Below are positions 1-12,081 of a DNA stretch of 64,000 bases, one piece after another. The notes beneath the pieces are model-generated. The model saw only the letters and a program-made list of their open reading frames with translations, was not told the DNA's origin and ran no database searches. The stretch lies in assembly GCF_004010195.1 (NCBI RefSeq), contig NC_057726.1, forward strand, positions 53,180,722 to 53,244,721, written 5' to 3'. Positions within the stretch are counted from its first letter, which is position 1; every line of letters begins with the position of its first letter. The position numbers and the translations under genes were made by a program. The DNA is from Chiloscyllium plagiosum. Taxonomy: Eukaryota.

Positions 1-537
1 TTTAGAATATTGTGTGCAATTCTGGTCTCCCTCCCATAGGAAGGATATTGTGAAACTTGAAAGGGTTCAAAAAAGATTTATAAGGTTGTTGCCAGGGTTG
101 GAGGGTTTGAGCTCTATGGAGAGACTGAATAGGCTGGAGCTGTTTTCCCTGGAGTATCGGGGGCTGGGGGATGACCTAATAGGGGTTTGCGGGGTTGTGG
201 GGGGGCATGGGTGGGGTGGGTGGACAGGGTCTTTCCCGGGGGTCGGGGAGTCCAGAACTGGAGGGCATGGGTTTGGGGTGAGAGGGGAACGATATAGGGG
301 AGACCTGGGGGGCAACTTTTTTGCGCGGAGGTGGTGCGTGTGTGGGATAAGCTGCCAGGGGAGGTGGTGGAAGCTGGTGCAATTGCAGCATTTAAAAGGC
401 ATTTGGATGGATATATGAATAGGAAGGGTTTGGAGGGATATGGGCCAGGTGCCTGGCAGGAGGAACTGGATTGGGTTGGGATATCTGGTCTGGACCGAAG
501 GGCCTGTTTCCATGCTGTACATCTCTATCACTCTATG
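1..537 (+). mobile_element. CR1-clade LINE (HER1-like) 3' end, with A>G hypermutated tract
   Basis: RT C-terminus QFWSPSHRKDIVKLERVQKRF. 3' tail ggaccgaagggcctgtttccatgctgtacatctctat is shared with the copies at 8775, 9495 and 11114. Confidence 0.9.
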
Positions 538-539
538 AA

Positions 540-1300
540 CTGCTGGAGGTGATGGTGTGGGAGAGGTGAAGGCGCAGGCCACCTCTGAAATGACCTGAGT
601 TGAAGCTACTGGGATCCTGTCTGTTTTTCCTTCTCCCTCTGAGTGTATACTGGCACCAATCAGTCTCCTTAAAAAGAACGAATACCAAGGGAGTGAAGTG
701 GATTTGTCTCAACCCCCTTCACTTACCATTAATGCTGAGCACCCTTGGCTAGAGCAATGAAGTGTGGGTCTGAGCACATATCTGGCAAGCACCTGGGTCT
801 CCAAGGTAGCTGCCACTCTTTCCATGGAGGTAGCCAAGCATATGTATGCCAGAGTCACTACACCAGTGGGACTGAGGACAGACTCCTCCATCTCATATTC
901 CAACCTACAGATAGGCACTCAGATGTGAGATTGGGAGGATGGCATCGGTGTGAGTCCTCAAGCTACATTGTGCCTTAACATTTGGAGGATATGAGGCTTT
1001 GTGAGATGCCTGTGTAGTGGCAGTGGTACATTGAGTGATGACCCTGTAAGTGTGATGTAGCAGAGAAAAGATGGTTCCACTTACCCTTGCAGAGCACAGG
1101 AGATTATTGACAATTCTCCTGCACTGCTTTCTAGTCCTTTGCAGGCGACTAGTGGCATTGTGGTTTCAATCCAGTTTGATGGGTCTGATGTGATGGCCTC
1201 CTGGCACAGTCACCCAGGAAGAGGATCTCTCCTCTGTCTGTGGCCCTGGCAGAGACTGCAACTTACCTGATATCTATCTGCAAGCTGCAGCCTTTTCTCA
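540..1300 (-). mobile_element. PIF/Harbinger-like DNA transposon remnant (Myb/SANT-like ORF)
   Basis: The minus strand at 1080-1240 gives DRGEILFLGDCARRPSHQT...QRTRKQCRRIVNNLLCSAR|gtaagt, resembling Harbinger Myb/SANT proteins. Boundaries are approximate. Confidence 0.5.
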
Positions 1301-1734
1301 CATTTCATTTTACATGATACTGTTCTTGAAAAAGCTAGAGTAATCCTATGTATAAACACTGCAATATACAGTAATTGAGATTTATAGTTTAAAATTCCAT
1401 AAAGCTTCCTTAAAAATAGAAAGCTACCTTAGTTCAATTACCAGAAATCGATCACTCAAATAGATTATTGGATAAATTAACATCAAATTTTTAGAGTTAA
1501 GCAAACAGAGCATAAAAATAGACCATTCAGCCTGTTTGGTTATAATTGTGCGCAGTGATTGGTGTTACAGCCATCTTTGAGTAGCTTTGTGGAATTAAAA
1601 TAATGACCACTAATTATCATCTTTTGTTTCTGACTAATGCTGCAAGTTAACAAAAACATCCTCCCATCCTATTGCGTTGACAGAGCCCTCAATTCTGTCT
1701 GACCCGTCTCCTGGAGTTTTGCCCTTACGCCTTG

Positions 1735-1910
1735 CCCTTCCTGCCAGAATAACAATAGAACAACTCCCTGTCTTCAGTTTCCACCCCCCCAGTTCAAAGG
1801 ATCATGCTCGACTGTTTCTGCCACCTCCAGCAGGATACAACAATCAAATTCTTCTTCCCCTCCCCTCCACTGTAAGTATTCAGCAGTGATTGTTCCCTCT
1901 GTGACACCCA
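1735..1910 (+). mobile_element. Old Penelope-like element fragment
   Basis: Degenerate homolog of the LVLTFHP...DPTTRDIFPSP region seen in the PLE at 6560-7670. Confidence 0.5.
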
Positions 1911-2024
1911 CAAGAAAGACACTTGCCATTCACCTTATCCATACCCCTCATGATTTTAAAAATCTCTTTAAGGTCACCTCTCAGCATCCTATGCTCCAGT
2001 GAATGAAATCTCAGCCTATCATGG

Positions 2025-2310
2025 GGATCCCTGGACTGTGACCAACAAAAACTAACAAAAGATCATTCAGGAAGACACTGAGCACGTCAAGATACTTCGT
2101 TTGGAACATACAAGGGTAAAGTTGAGGCAAAAACAAAGTGCACAAACCTTCAAACACCTCACCTATCAGATTCTATAAGCACTAGCTGCCCTGCTAGTCA
2201 CGGCATCTGAAGATCATGCATTGGACTTATCAGTCATTTCAGAATCCATCAAACTAGATTGGAAGCATTTCATCCTCGATCCCAAGGAACTGTCTGAGAA
2301 AAGGAGACTG
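2025..2310 (+). mobile_element. RTE-clade LINE 3' remnant
   Basis: CPASHGI*RSCIGLISHFRIH near 2187-2250 resembles the RTE C-terminal CxxC..RIGLxSHxRxH motif. Confidence 0.55.
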
Positions 2311-3559
2311 AATCTGAATCAGCACCTTCAAAATGTTTTAAGCACAGTCTAGTTAGAGTTAAATGCATGAACACTGTTTTGATGAATCCTTAAAGTAAAG
2401 GGAAAACCTTTCCAGAAATTCAGCTGCAGAATGTTTTGTGCATGTACCATTGTATTATAGATGTTTGGTTTGGCAACATCAAATCAGTTGTTTGAGTAAT
2501 ACATTTCCTGACATTTTGTATAATTAAGCCTTAATGTACATTGTACAGAGTTTTCAAAGGAACAAATGACCTTGACCTTCTTGTCAAATTAACTGGATGG
2601 GAAACAATAATTCATAAATATAACAAAATACTTAAGAACGAATGGCAATTTCCTACTTTTATTTATTGTGAAAGGTAAACATGTTATCATTATTAAACTA
2701 ATATTAGTACGTCATAGTTGCTGACTTCCTCAGGGAACGAAAGAAATCACATCGGATTTGAGACGAATGATAGAGTTCATTTCCCCGACTAGTCAAATTT
2801 TTTATTGAGGATGTAAAATTAAAGAAACGAAAGTCATTCAATAAAGAAAACTGTATATTATTTGGATGTCTGTTGAAACAGGTTGGTTCAGTCCATGTTC
2901 ATTGTAGTCCATGCTCACTAGAACTAAGAGATTGTTTAATAAAGGAAGTGAAATTCATTCGCACTCAAATATGGTCAGGTTTATGCATCTTACAAATATA
3001 TTTTCTTTTAGGAATCATGTTGAATGTGAGTTGTTCAGGTGAGAACATTTAATATTTTGGAACAATATTATCAGCATCAAGGAGACATGAAATATAGAAT
3101 CATGAATTATGAGGGCACTTGGTCAATCATATCTGTGCTGGCTCTTCAATAGAGCTAATTCAATTAATCCAGCTCCGTGCTCTTTTCCCAAAACTCAGCA
3201 TTTTTTACATGTCAAGTACATATCTAAATCTCCTTTGAAATAATTATTGAATTTGCTTAGACTACCCTTTCGAGCAGTACAGTGCAGATATGTCCAATAC
3301 GTCCATTATTTCTTCATTTTCATTGAAAATGTCACCGTTAGCAGTTTCCAATGGCTCAGCTTATTCTTGACCACTTTTTTCCCTAAAATAATAGCAAAAC
3401 ATTCTTTCTATATCACATTTTTGTTGATTTCACGATGTGTTTTGTCCAGCTTTACTTTTCTTTGCATTCTTATGTATAACACAAAGTAGACTTAGAATAA
3501 AATTCCCTCAGTTCCTGAGACATTCAAGCCCAGGTATCAACAGATAAAAGGGGAAGAAC

Positions 3560-4165
3560 ACCGACAGATTAAGTACCTTAGTGCATTAGATGCAGTTCAA
3601 TGTAAGAGTAAGTTCATGCAGCTTGGATGTAAAAATTAATGATGAGATTACATTCAAAATGAAGCACTATTGTAGTGGTTGGTCAGCCAAAAGTGTTTGA
3701 GAGCCAAGATGATTAAGAAACAACTCATTACTTCTAAAAACATTACATCAAAACAAGGAAGTATTACTAAAATAATGTACATTTTAGGAAGGATGTGAAA
3801 CCATGAGAGAGTGTAGAAAAGATTTACCAGAATGTCTCCATGTATAAGGGTTACAATGTAAGATTGGAGACAATGGGGCTCCAGATTGAGAGGAGTTTTG
3901 ATAAAGGTGTTGCAAATCATGAGGGGCATAGACAAAGAATATAAAGATAAACTATTCCGTTGATGGAAAAATAAAAAACAAGAAGACATGGATTGCAGAT
4001 GAGTTAGGTTCACACAGTGTTTGCAAAAGAAGAGTTTGACAGTTATCTGAAAAGAAAATAGTTGCAGGGCAATGGAGAAAGGCAAGAAGTTGAGATAAGC
4101 CAAGATGTTCTTGCAGGGATCCCAAAAGGATGCCGCTTCTGTGCTTTAATCCTTCTTTGATTCTA
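3560..4165 (+). mobile_element. Ancient CR1-like LINE 3' remnant
   Basis: Degenerate gagagagtgtagaaaagatttaccagaatg and atcatgaggggcatagac blocks, plus a CR1-type tail. Confidence 0.55.
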
Positions 4166-4459
4166 TGCCTCAGTTCTCGGTATATAAAAAAGGGACATAT
4201 CTCTCCACAGAGAAATTGTGTATCCCATGCGAGTTATACAAAATCACTCATTAGGTGAACATACATAACATTGATAAGATAAAATACCATAGTTAAATTT
4301 GTCAAACAGTTAAATAGAAAAGATGTTAACAACAATGTATTTACCTGACTAATGCCACAAGGGATTTGCTTTGAGTGAGCCTTGTTCTACTCTGAGGGAA
4401 CATTTAACTCCTGACTTTAAGGTCCTTGTTTATGCATTCAAACATACCTATTGCATTCC

Positions 4460-4640
4460 TAGCTACCTTACCCCCAGCCCCGCCCCCTCCCATTTATGTC
4501 TCAGCCCCTTTGCCGGCCACCACCCTCCGCAAACAAACAACATTCCTGATGAAGAGCTTATGCTCAAAACATTGACTCTCCTGCTCCTCGGATGTTGCCT
4601 GATCTGCTGTGCTTTTCCAGCGCCAGACATTTTCACCCTT
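4460..4640 (+). mobile_element. PLE terminal repeat (pLTR) with decayed hammerhead core
   Basis: CTGATGA-AGAGC-TTAT-GCTC-AAAAC at 4546-4570, followed by ctcctgctcctcggatgttgcctgatctgctgtgcttttccagc. Confidence 0.75.
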
Positions 4641-6658
4641 ATGGATTCAAATATCCCATTGAACAGATGCTTCAGCACAAATGATTTTTCTTGTTTTCCT
4701 GGCAATCATCTATTCTATTACTTAATCTGAGATACCACAGTCAGTACCTAACTTCCCAGTCCTCCATAAAACTAGAAAACTGAAGAGTTCCTTGTTTCCT
4801 TGGAACATTACAAGGACATGCCTGCCTAAATAAGGTTTCAATCTTTAGCTGTCTGTTTAAAATGCAATGTTATAATAAACCCTTACAAAAATGAAAGAAT
4901 TATTCTTTAAAATGCCTTTCTTCAATATTGAAAGCTTGCGAAAACATTTTGCTTACAAATGAGGCGAGAATTGAGATGAATTTCTATAAATGCTGAGGAT
5001 ACCCAATGACCAAAAATTGAAGATTCTATCCATAAAGGTGATAGTGTTGTTAAAGTTTATTGTATTTCAGACACTTATTGATTTGCTTTGGATTGTCAGC
5101 ACATTCTAGTTTCAAGTTCATTTGTCTGACGCAAGGATTATAAGTAATTGGTGGATTAATTATATTGCCCACAGTATTTTTCTTGCAAGCATTGAAATGC
5201 AGTGTCGTTGTATTAAAAACAAAGGTGTGCTGCTTGATAATTTGCCAAAACAAAAAAAAAACCAATCTTCATCTGGTTGTTGCAAAACAAAATGTTGTGG
5301 CAGCTGGAAATATAAAGTAAAAACAGAAAAATTATGCATAAGCATGCAACAGCTTCAACAACCTTTTCTCCTGACAGGAGATGACTGATTGTTTCACTAT
5401 GTGTCTCTCTAAACAGGTGAAGCCAGACCTCCTGAGGATGTCCAGCATTCTCAATGTCTATTCTATATATCAGATACTAGTTAATCTGTAGGTGTTAAAT
5501 AAATATCTGAGTATTTGGATGGAGAAGGAATGAAAATCACACTTCATCATTGAAATTAAGAACATACTAATAAGTAAGAATGGGAAAATAAGAATGGATA
5601 AATGTGCAGAAAATTGCTTTGTTAAACTCATGTACAGCCACTCAGTTCTCTTTTAGTCATCCATTTTGAGTTGTCTTTTCTTTTCCAGCTCTGTGCTGAT
5701 CTAAACTTGTATCATAATTGGTTTTAAAGGGTTGAAGTGGCTTGCGTCATCCTTTCTTAGTGTTTCTTAGTCTCTCTGTTGGGGTATTTGTGTTGAGTTG
5801 CAGCCTGACAAGCATATGTCACAGCAGCCTATTGAGAAAAACCAGATGGGAAGTGGTAAACTTGGCACCCAGCAGCTCTTTAAAAATGAGGAACTTAGAA
5901 GATGCTTTGGCAAGAGAGTGTTATATGTAATATAATAGAAGAAATGAATTCAGGGTACAGGAGAAAAGGTGCTCTCATGATCACTGAATAATCACAATAT
6001 GAGCTGGTCTGCAGCAAAGTGCAGAGATTAAAATCAGATATACAGCTAAGTAATCATCTAAAACCAAGGAATGAAGTTGGAGCGAGGGATCCAGATATTT
6101 TTGTGTGGGTTTGGGAGGTGGAAGGAAAAGGAAACTTTGATAAATCCAAAGATAGAGGCTAACGAATGATTAGTAAATGGGTACTCTTTCTGCCAGAGGA
6201 TGGATTGAGAGCTGCGAGTAAAATTAACACTGAAGGAATGGAATCTGCTCTAACAAAAACATGAGCATTGAAATTGATTTATCAGGAAGAATAATTAAAG
6301 ATCATATTAGCTTTATTTTACATCCTCAGTTTGACATTGATCTGTCACCCATGCTGGAATCATACACCGACAAAGTACTGACTGTATGGGAGAAAATGTA
6401 ATTCCAGTTCCATCAATTATTTATACTGTTTCTGCTATTTAATTCTTTCCCGTTCTCCAACTCAGCACTTTACGTGCAAGGAGGCCATTTGATCAGCCAT
6501 AACCAGTTTGGTGCACTGACCTCTACACTGCTGAAGCCAGGCGCCAACTTGAAGACTAGGCAAAAGTGAGGACTGCAGATGCTGGAAACCAGATTCTGGG
6601 TTAGAGTGGTGCTGGAAAGGCACAGCAGATCAGCCAGCATCCGGAGGAGCTGGAAAAT

Positions 6659-6690
6659 CGACATTTCGGGCAAAAGCCCTTCATCAGGAA
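6659..6690 (-). ncRNA. Minimal hammerhead ribozyme core (PLE-associated)
   Basis: Minus strand TTC-CTGATGA-AGGGC-TTTT-GCCC-GAAA-TGTCG: both conserved boxes and stem II are intact. Confidence 0.65.
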
Positions 6691-6892
6691 TGGAGGCAGG
6701 GAGCCTCCAGAGTGGAGAGATAAACGGGAGGGGGTTGGGGCTGGGGATAAGGTAGCAAAGAGTATAATAGGTGGATGGGGTGGGGATGAAGGTGATATGT
6801 CAGAGAGGAGGGTGGAGCGGATATGTGGAAAGGAAGATAGGCAGGTAGGACAGGCCATGGGGACAGTGCTGAGCTGGAAGTTTGGAACTGGG

Positions 6893-7030
6893 NNNNNNNN
6901 NNNNNNNNNNNNNNNNNNNNNNNNNNNNNNNNNNNNNNNNNNNNNNNNNNNNNNNNNNNNNNNNNNNNNNNNNNNNNNNNNNNNNNNNNNNNNNNNNNNN
7001 NNNNNNNNNNNNNNNNNNNNNNNNNNNNNN
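6893..7030. other. Assembly gap
   Basis: Run of N inside the PLE. Confidence 1.
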
Positions 7031-8774
7031 GATGGAGGTGAGGGAGGAGGTGTGGGCGCAGTTTTGCAATTCCTGCGGTGGCAGGGGAAGGTGCCAGGAT
7101 GGGAGGGTGGGTTGTTGGGGGGTGTGGACCTGACCAGGTAGTCACAGAGGGAACGGTCTTTGCGGAAAGTGGAAAGGCATGGGGAGGGAAATATATCTCT
7201 GGTGGTGGGGTCCGTTTGGAGGTGGCGGAAATGTCGGCGGATGATGCGGTTTATGCGAAGGTTGGTAGGGTGGAAGGTGAGGACCAGGAGGGTTCTCTCC
7301 TTGTTACAGTTGGAGGGTTTGGGTTTGAGGGTGGAGGTGCAGGATGTGGTTGAGATGTGTTGGAGGGCATCTTCGACCATGTGGGAAGGGAAATTGCGGT
7401 CTTTAAAGAAGGAGGCCATCTGGTGTGTTCTGTGGTGGAGCTGGTACTCCTGGGAGCAGATACGGTAGAGGCGGAGGAATTGGGAATGCGGGATGGCATT
7501 TTTGCAGGAGGTAGGGTGGGAAGAGGCGCAATCCAGGTAGCTTTGGGAGTCGGTGGGTTTGTAAAAAATGTTAGTGTCAAGTTGGTCGTCAGTAATGGAG
7601 ATGGAGAGGTCAAGGAAGGGGAAGGAGGTGTCAGAGATGGTCCAGGTGAATGTAAGGTCGGGGTGGAATGGATGGAATTACATGGTGACAAAGTGAAAAA
7701 ATGACCTTTTGTGATCTTCTGTCTGTGCCTTGTTGCTTGGTTTCTGGCTGCCTTCTTCTTCCAACTGGTCATCCAGCAGAAGTTCAAAGCATTTGGTGAC
7801 AGTATATGATGAATGATATACATCCATCCAAAATGACAGATAGCACACTGCAGAGTGAAGCTACAGGGCCATGTCGTGATTATTGTGTAAGGACCACATC
7901 CTGTTGAGTTTTACATCTGCTAAAGCATTACCTTAATGTATAAAGGTAATGTACTGTGGTGCATTCTTGTATATTTTTATCCAAACAGGTTTCCTATTCA
8001 TCAAAGGAAAAAAGAGGAATGCTGTAATATTGCACAGATGTTAGAAGGTCACTGTATTAAGGAAGCTAAAGATATCAGATAACAGTATAAAAGGTTACTC
8101 TCTAAATTACTCTCTAATAGTTGGTTAGTCAATGAGTCAATCTGCATTAGTCAAACTATCAGTCAGTCAGTTATGTATGTAATGTAATAATAATATAAGT
8201 AAGTATAGAACCTAAACCATATATCAGCCTGAGATTTCATTTTAGTGTAGTTAGTTGTCAATAAACTTCCAGATGTCTGTCTCAATAAAAAAAAAGATTC
8301 TCTGTGGTTCACGTTATATAGGCTAACATAGAGAAAACTACAACACATCACCTCTTGATTTTGATGTGTCTTGGGAAATTTTCTGAATCTTCGATAGTGA
8401 AAACAGTCACAAAATATTTGTTCAACACTTATATCATTTCCTTATTTTCCATTATTAATTCCCTAGACTCATTCTCCAGAAGACTGACACCAGCTTCAGT
8501 TATTATCTCTTTTGAATACTTGTTGAAACTCTTACCATTTGTTTTTACATTCCAGCTAGCTTTCTCTCATAGTCAACTTACTCATTCTTTCTTTTAACTG
8601 GTCTTTAAAATGGACTAAGATTTGCAGAATTGTATAGTGCATCTTTCAATTTGATACTCTCCGTAACTTCCTTATTTAACCACCTTTGATGTGGTTCTCA
8701 AAGAGTCTTTCTGAGTCACTGGGATAAATCTTTGCTGAGAGTTAGTAAATATCTCCTGAGAAATTTGCTCGGAC

Positions 8775-8930
8775 ATGGAGCCATTGAGATGTACAGTACG
8801 GAAACAGACCTTTTGGTCTAACTTGTCCATGCCGACCAGATATCCTAACCTAATCTAGTCCCATTTGCCAGCACTTGGCCCATACCCCTCTAAACCCTTC
8901 CTATTCATATACCCATCCAGATGCCTTTTA
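8775..8930 (-). mobile_element. HER1/CR1 LINE 3' tail fragment
   Basis: Reverse complement of the tail at 395-537. Confidence 0.85.
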
Positions 8931-8979
8931 TCTCAATTATCTTTCCTTTTAATATAGTTTTCCTATTTCCATTCGCCGG

Positions 8980-9480
8980 ACTTAACCACTGTTGTTAAGT
9001 AATCTGACTTCAGTGCGGGATAAGCAGAAATTTTCTTCCATGGTCTTCCAACCTCATCAAAAACTCTGGTCCTCAACCACAACTCCATTCTTCTCCCTAA
9101 CAACTGTCTGAGGCTGAACCAGACTACACAAGTGCAGTATTAGTTTAGACTCCAAAATGAGTTTCTAACCACATCCCATGTCACCACTAAAACCATTTGC
9201 TTCCATCTCAATATTTTCACCCAACTTCAGCCCTGCCTTACTTCTGTTGTTGAAACTCTCATGAATCCCCCTGACTCATCCAGTGCATTCTGAACATTTG
9301 AGTCAACTAAATCTGTCACCCAAATCTTAGCATGCATCAAGTCTCATTAATCATCACCCCTGTGATCATTGACACACATTGGCTGCTGGGCTTGATTTTA
9401 AATTCTCTCCCTTCAAATTCTTTCATGACCCTGCCCATCCCTTCCTCCCTACCTTTGTTTCCTCCGGCCCAAAGCTATAA
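8980..9480 (+). mobile_element. Old L2-like LINE fragment
   Basis: Degenerate blocks ttccatctcaatatt, atcacccctgtgatcattgacacacattggct and tttaaattctc resemble L2 ORF2 (FHLRNI, ITPVLxxLHWL, FKIL). Confidence 0.5.
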
Positions 9481-9494
9481 TATTCCATTAATTA

Positions 9495-9837
9495 GAGTGA
9501 TAGAGTCACAGAGATGTACAGCACGGAAACAGACCCTTCAGTCCAACTCGTCCATGTCGACCAGATATCCCAACCCAAATCTAGTCCCACCTGCCAGCAT
9601 CCACCCCATGTCTCACCAACTCCTTCCTAATCACATACCCATCAAAATGCCTGTTAAATGTTGCAATTGTACTAGCCTCCACCACTTCCTCTGGCAGTCA
9701 TTTCACGCACGTACCACCCTCTGCGTGAAAAGGTTGTCCCTTAGGTCTCTTTTATATCTTTCCCAACTCACCCTAAACCTATCCCATCTAGTTCCGGTCT
9801 CCCCCACCCCAGAGCAAAGACTTTGTCTATTTATCCT
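9495..9837 (-). mobile_element. HER1/CR1 LINE 3' end
   Basis: Tail agagtgatagagtcacagag followed by the reverse complement of the ORF2 C-terminus. Confidence 0.9.
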
Positions 9838-10447
9838 TGGTGGGCAAGTTGTTGGAGGGAATCCTAAAGGACAGGACGTACATGTATTTGGAAAGGCAAG
9901 GACTAATTAGGGATAGTCAACATGGCTTTGTGTGTGAGAAATCATGTCTCACAAACTTGATTGAGTTTTTAGAAGAAGTAACAAAGAGGATTGATGAGGG
10001 CAGAGTGGTGGAGGTGACCTATATGGACTTCAGTTAGGCATTCAACAAGGTTCCCCATGGGAGACTGATTAGCAAGGTTGGATCTCATGGAATACAGGGA
10101 GAACTAGCCATTTGGATACAGAACTGGCTCAAAGGTAGAAGATAGAGCTGGTGGTGGAGGAATGTTTTTCAGACTGGAGGCCTGTGACCAGTGGAGTGCC
10201 ACATGGATTGATGCTGGGTCCACTACTTTTCGTCATTTATATAAATGATTTGGATGTCAACATAAGAACATAGTTAGTAAGTTAGCAGATGACACCAAAA
10301 TTGGAGGTATAGTGGGCAGCATAGAAGGTTACCTCAGATTACAACAGGATCTTAATCAGATGGGCCAATGAGCTGAAGAGTGGCAAATGGAGTTTACTTT
10401 AGATAACCGCGAGGTGCTGCATTTTGGGAAAACAAATCTTAGCAGGA
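9838..10447 (+). mobile_element. CR1 LINE RT core fragment, inverted relative to the adjacent 3' end
   Basis: VGKLLEGILKDR...DSQHGFV..KSCLTNLIEF...YMDFS, then LADDTKIGG and EVLHFGK. Confidence 0.9.
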
Positions 10448-11113
10448 AATAGCTGGGGCCCTGACAGATATCTTTGTCGTATTCTTAAACACAGGTGAGG
10501 TGCCAGACAGTTGCTCATGTTGTCCCCCTGTACAAGAAGGGTAGTAGCGATATTCCAGGTAACTGCAGGCCAGGCACCATCCGAGGAGCAGGAAAATCGA
10601 CGTTTCAGGCAAAATCCCTTCATCAGGAAGCCCTTCCTCATTCCTGATGAAGGGCTTTTGCCCAATTTTCCTGCTCCTCAGATGCTGCCTGACCGGCTGT
10701 GCATTTCCAGTACTACTCTAATTTAGACTCTGATCTCCAGCATCTGCAGTCCTCACTTTTGCCTATATTCCAGGTAACTACAGGCCAGTGAGCCTGACGT
10801 CAGTGGTAAGAAAGTTGCTGGAGAAGGTACTGAGGGATAAAATCTACTTACAATTAGAAAAGAATTGGCTTATTAGTGATAGGCAACATGGTCTTGTGCG
10901 TGCCTTACCAACTTAATAGAATTCTTTGAGGAGGTGATCAAGTTGATAGATGAATGAAGGGCTATAGATGTCATATACATGGACTTTAGTAAGGCGATTG
11001 ATAAGGTTCCCCATGGTAAACTAATGGAGAAAGTGAAGTTACATAGTGTGCAGGGTGTTCTAGCTAGTTGGATAAAGAACTGGTTGAGCAATAGGACACA
11101 GAGAGTAGTAGTT
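10448..11113 (+). mobile_element. CR1 LINE RT fragment (second subfamily) interrupted by a PLE mini-element
   Basis: PGNYRPVSLTSVVRKLLEKVLRDKI...LTNLIEFFEEV...YMDFSKAIDKVPHG. Confidence 0.85.
10574..10764. mobile_element. Fold-back PLE mini-element with two hammerhead-derived cores
   Basis: Inverted pLTR halves. Flanking direct repeat atattccaggtaact(g/a)caggccag at 10550-10573 and 10765-10788. Confidence 0.85.
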
Positions 11114-11797
11114 ATTGAGTCATAGAGATGTACAGCACAGAAACAGACCCTTTGGTCCAACTCGTCCATGTCGACAAGATATTCCAACCGAATCTAATCC
11201 CACCTGCCTGCACCTGGCCCATATCCCTCCAAACCCTTCCTATTCATATACCCATTCAAATGCCTTTTAAATGTTGCAATTGTACTAGCCTCCACCACTT
11301 CCTCTGGCAGCTCATTCCATACACATACCACCAACTGCATGAAAAAGTTGCCCCGTAGGTCTCTTTTATATCTTTCCCCTCTCACCCTAAACCCATGCCC
11401 TCTAGATCTGGACTCCCCCACCCTAGGGAAAATACTGTCTATTTATCCTATCCATACACCTCAAGATTTTGTAAACCTCTATACAGTCACCCCTCAGCCT
11501 CCAACACTCCAGGGAAAACAGCCCCAGCCTAATCAACCTATTCTCCCTATAGCTCAAATCCTCCAACCCTGGCAACATCCTTGTCAATCTTTTCTGAATC
11601 CTTTCAAGTTTCACAACATCTTTCCGTTAGGAAAGTGACCAGAATTGCACGCAATATTCCAACAGTGGCCTAACCAATGTCCTGTACAGCCGCAACATGA
11701 CCTCCCAACTCTTGTACTCAGTATTCTGACCAATAAAGGAAAGCAGACCAAATGCCTTCTTCACTATCCTATCTACCTGCTACTCCACTTTCAAGGA
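11114..11797 (-). mobile_element. HER1/CR1 LINE 3' portion
   Basis: KLERIQKRLTRMLPGLE...LFSLE..RLRGD and GESRSRGHGFRVRGERYKRDLRGNFF; used as the unedited comparator for 1-537. Confidence 0.9.
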
Positions 11798-12081
11798 GCA
11801 AAATACTCATTTAGTATCTCGCCCATCTCCTGCGGCTCCACACAAAGGCCGCCTTGCTGATCTGTGAAGGGCCCTATTCTCTCCCTAGTTACCCTTCTGT
11901 CCTTAATATATTTGTAAAAACCCTTTGGATTCTCCTTAACCCTATTTGCCAAAGGTATCTTATGTCCCCTTTTTGCCCTCCTGATATCTCTCTTAAGTAT
12001 ACTCCTACTGCCTTTATAGTCTTCTAAGGATTCACTCGCTCTATCCTGACATATGCTTCCTTCTTTTTCTTAACCAAACCC
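11798..12081 (-). mobile_element. CR1 ORF2 internal fragment
   Basis: Minus strand RVKENPKGFYKYIKD..VTRERIGP, typical of the CR1 EN-RT linker. Confidence 0.8.

Larger units (their letters stand above)
6560..7670 (-). mobile_element. Penelope-like retroelement (RT C-terminus, linker toward GIY-YIG, pLTR), spanning an N-gap
   Basis: Minus strand TISDTSFPFLDLSI...FYKPTDSQSYLD...HP and FFKDRNFP...LVLTFHP...RKDRSLCDYLVRS...GTFPCHRRNCKT. The pLTR with hammerhead core is at 6659-6690. Confidence 0.9.

Noticed and set aside
14-418. Gly-rich 134-aa ORF and Pro-rich antisense ORFs
   Set aside because: These are by-products of the A>G-mutated LINE RT tail, not host genes
5742-5930. ORF with a hydrophobic, signal-peptide-like N-terminus (possible AGRP exon)
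   Set aside because: It starts at TTG, has no recognisable AgRP similarity, and I found no downstream Cys-knot exon
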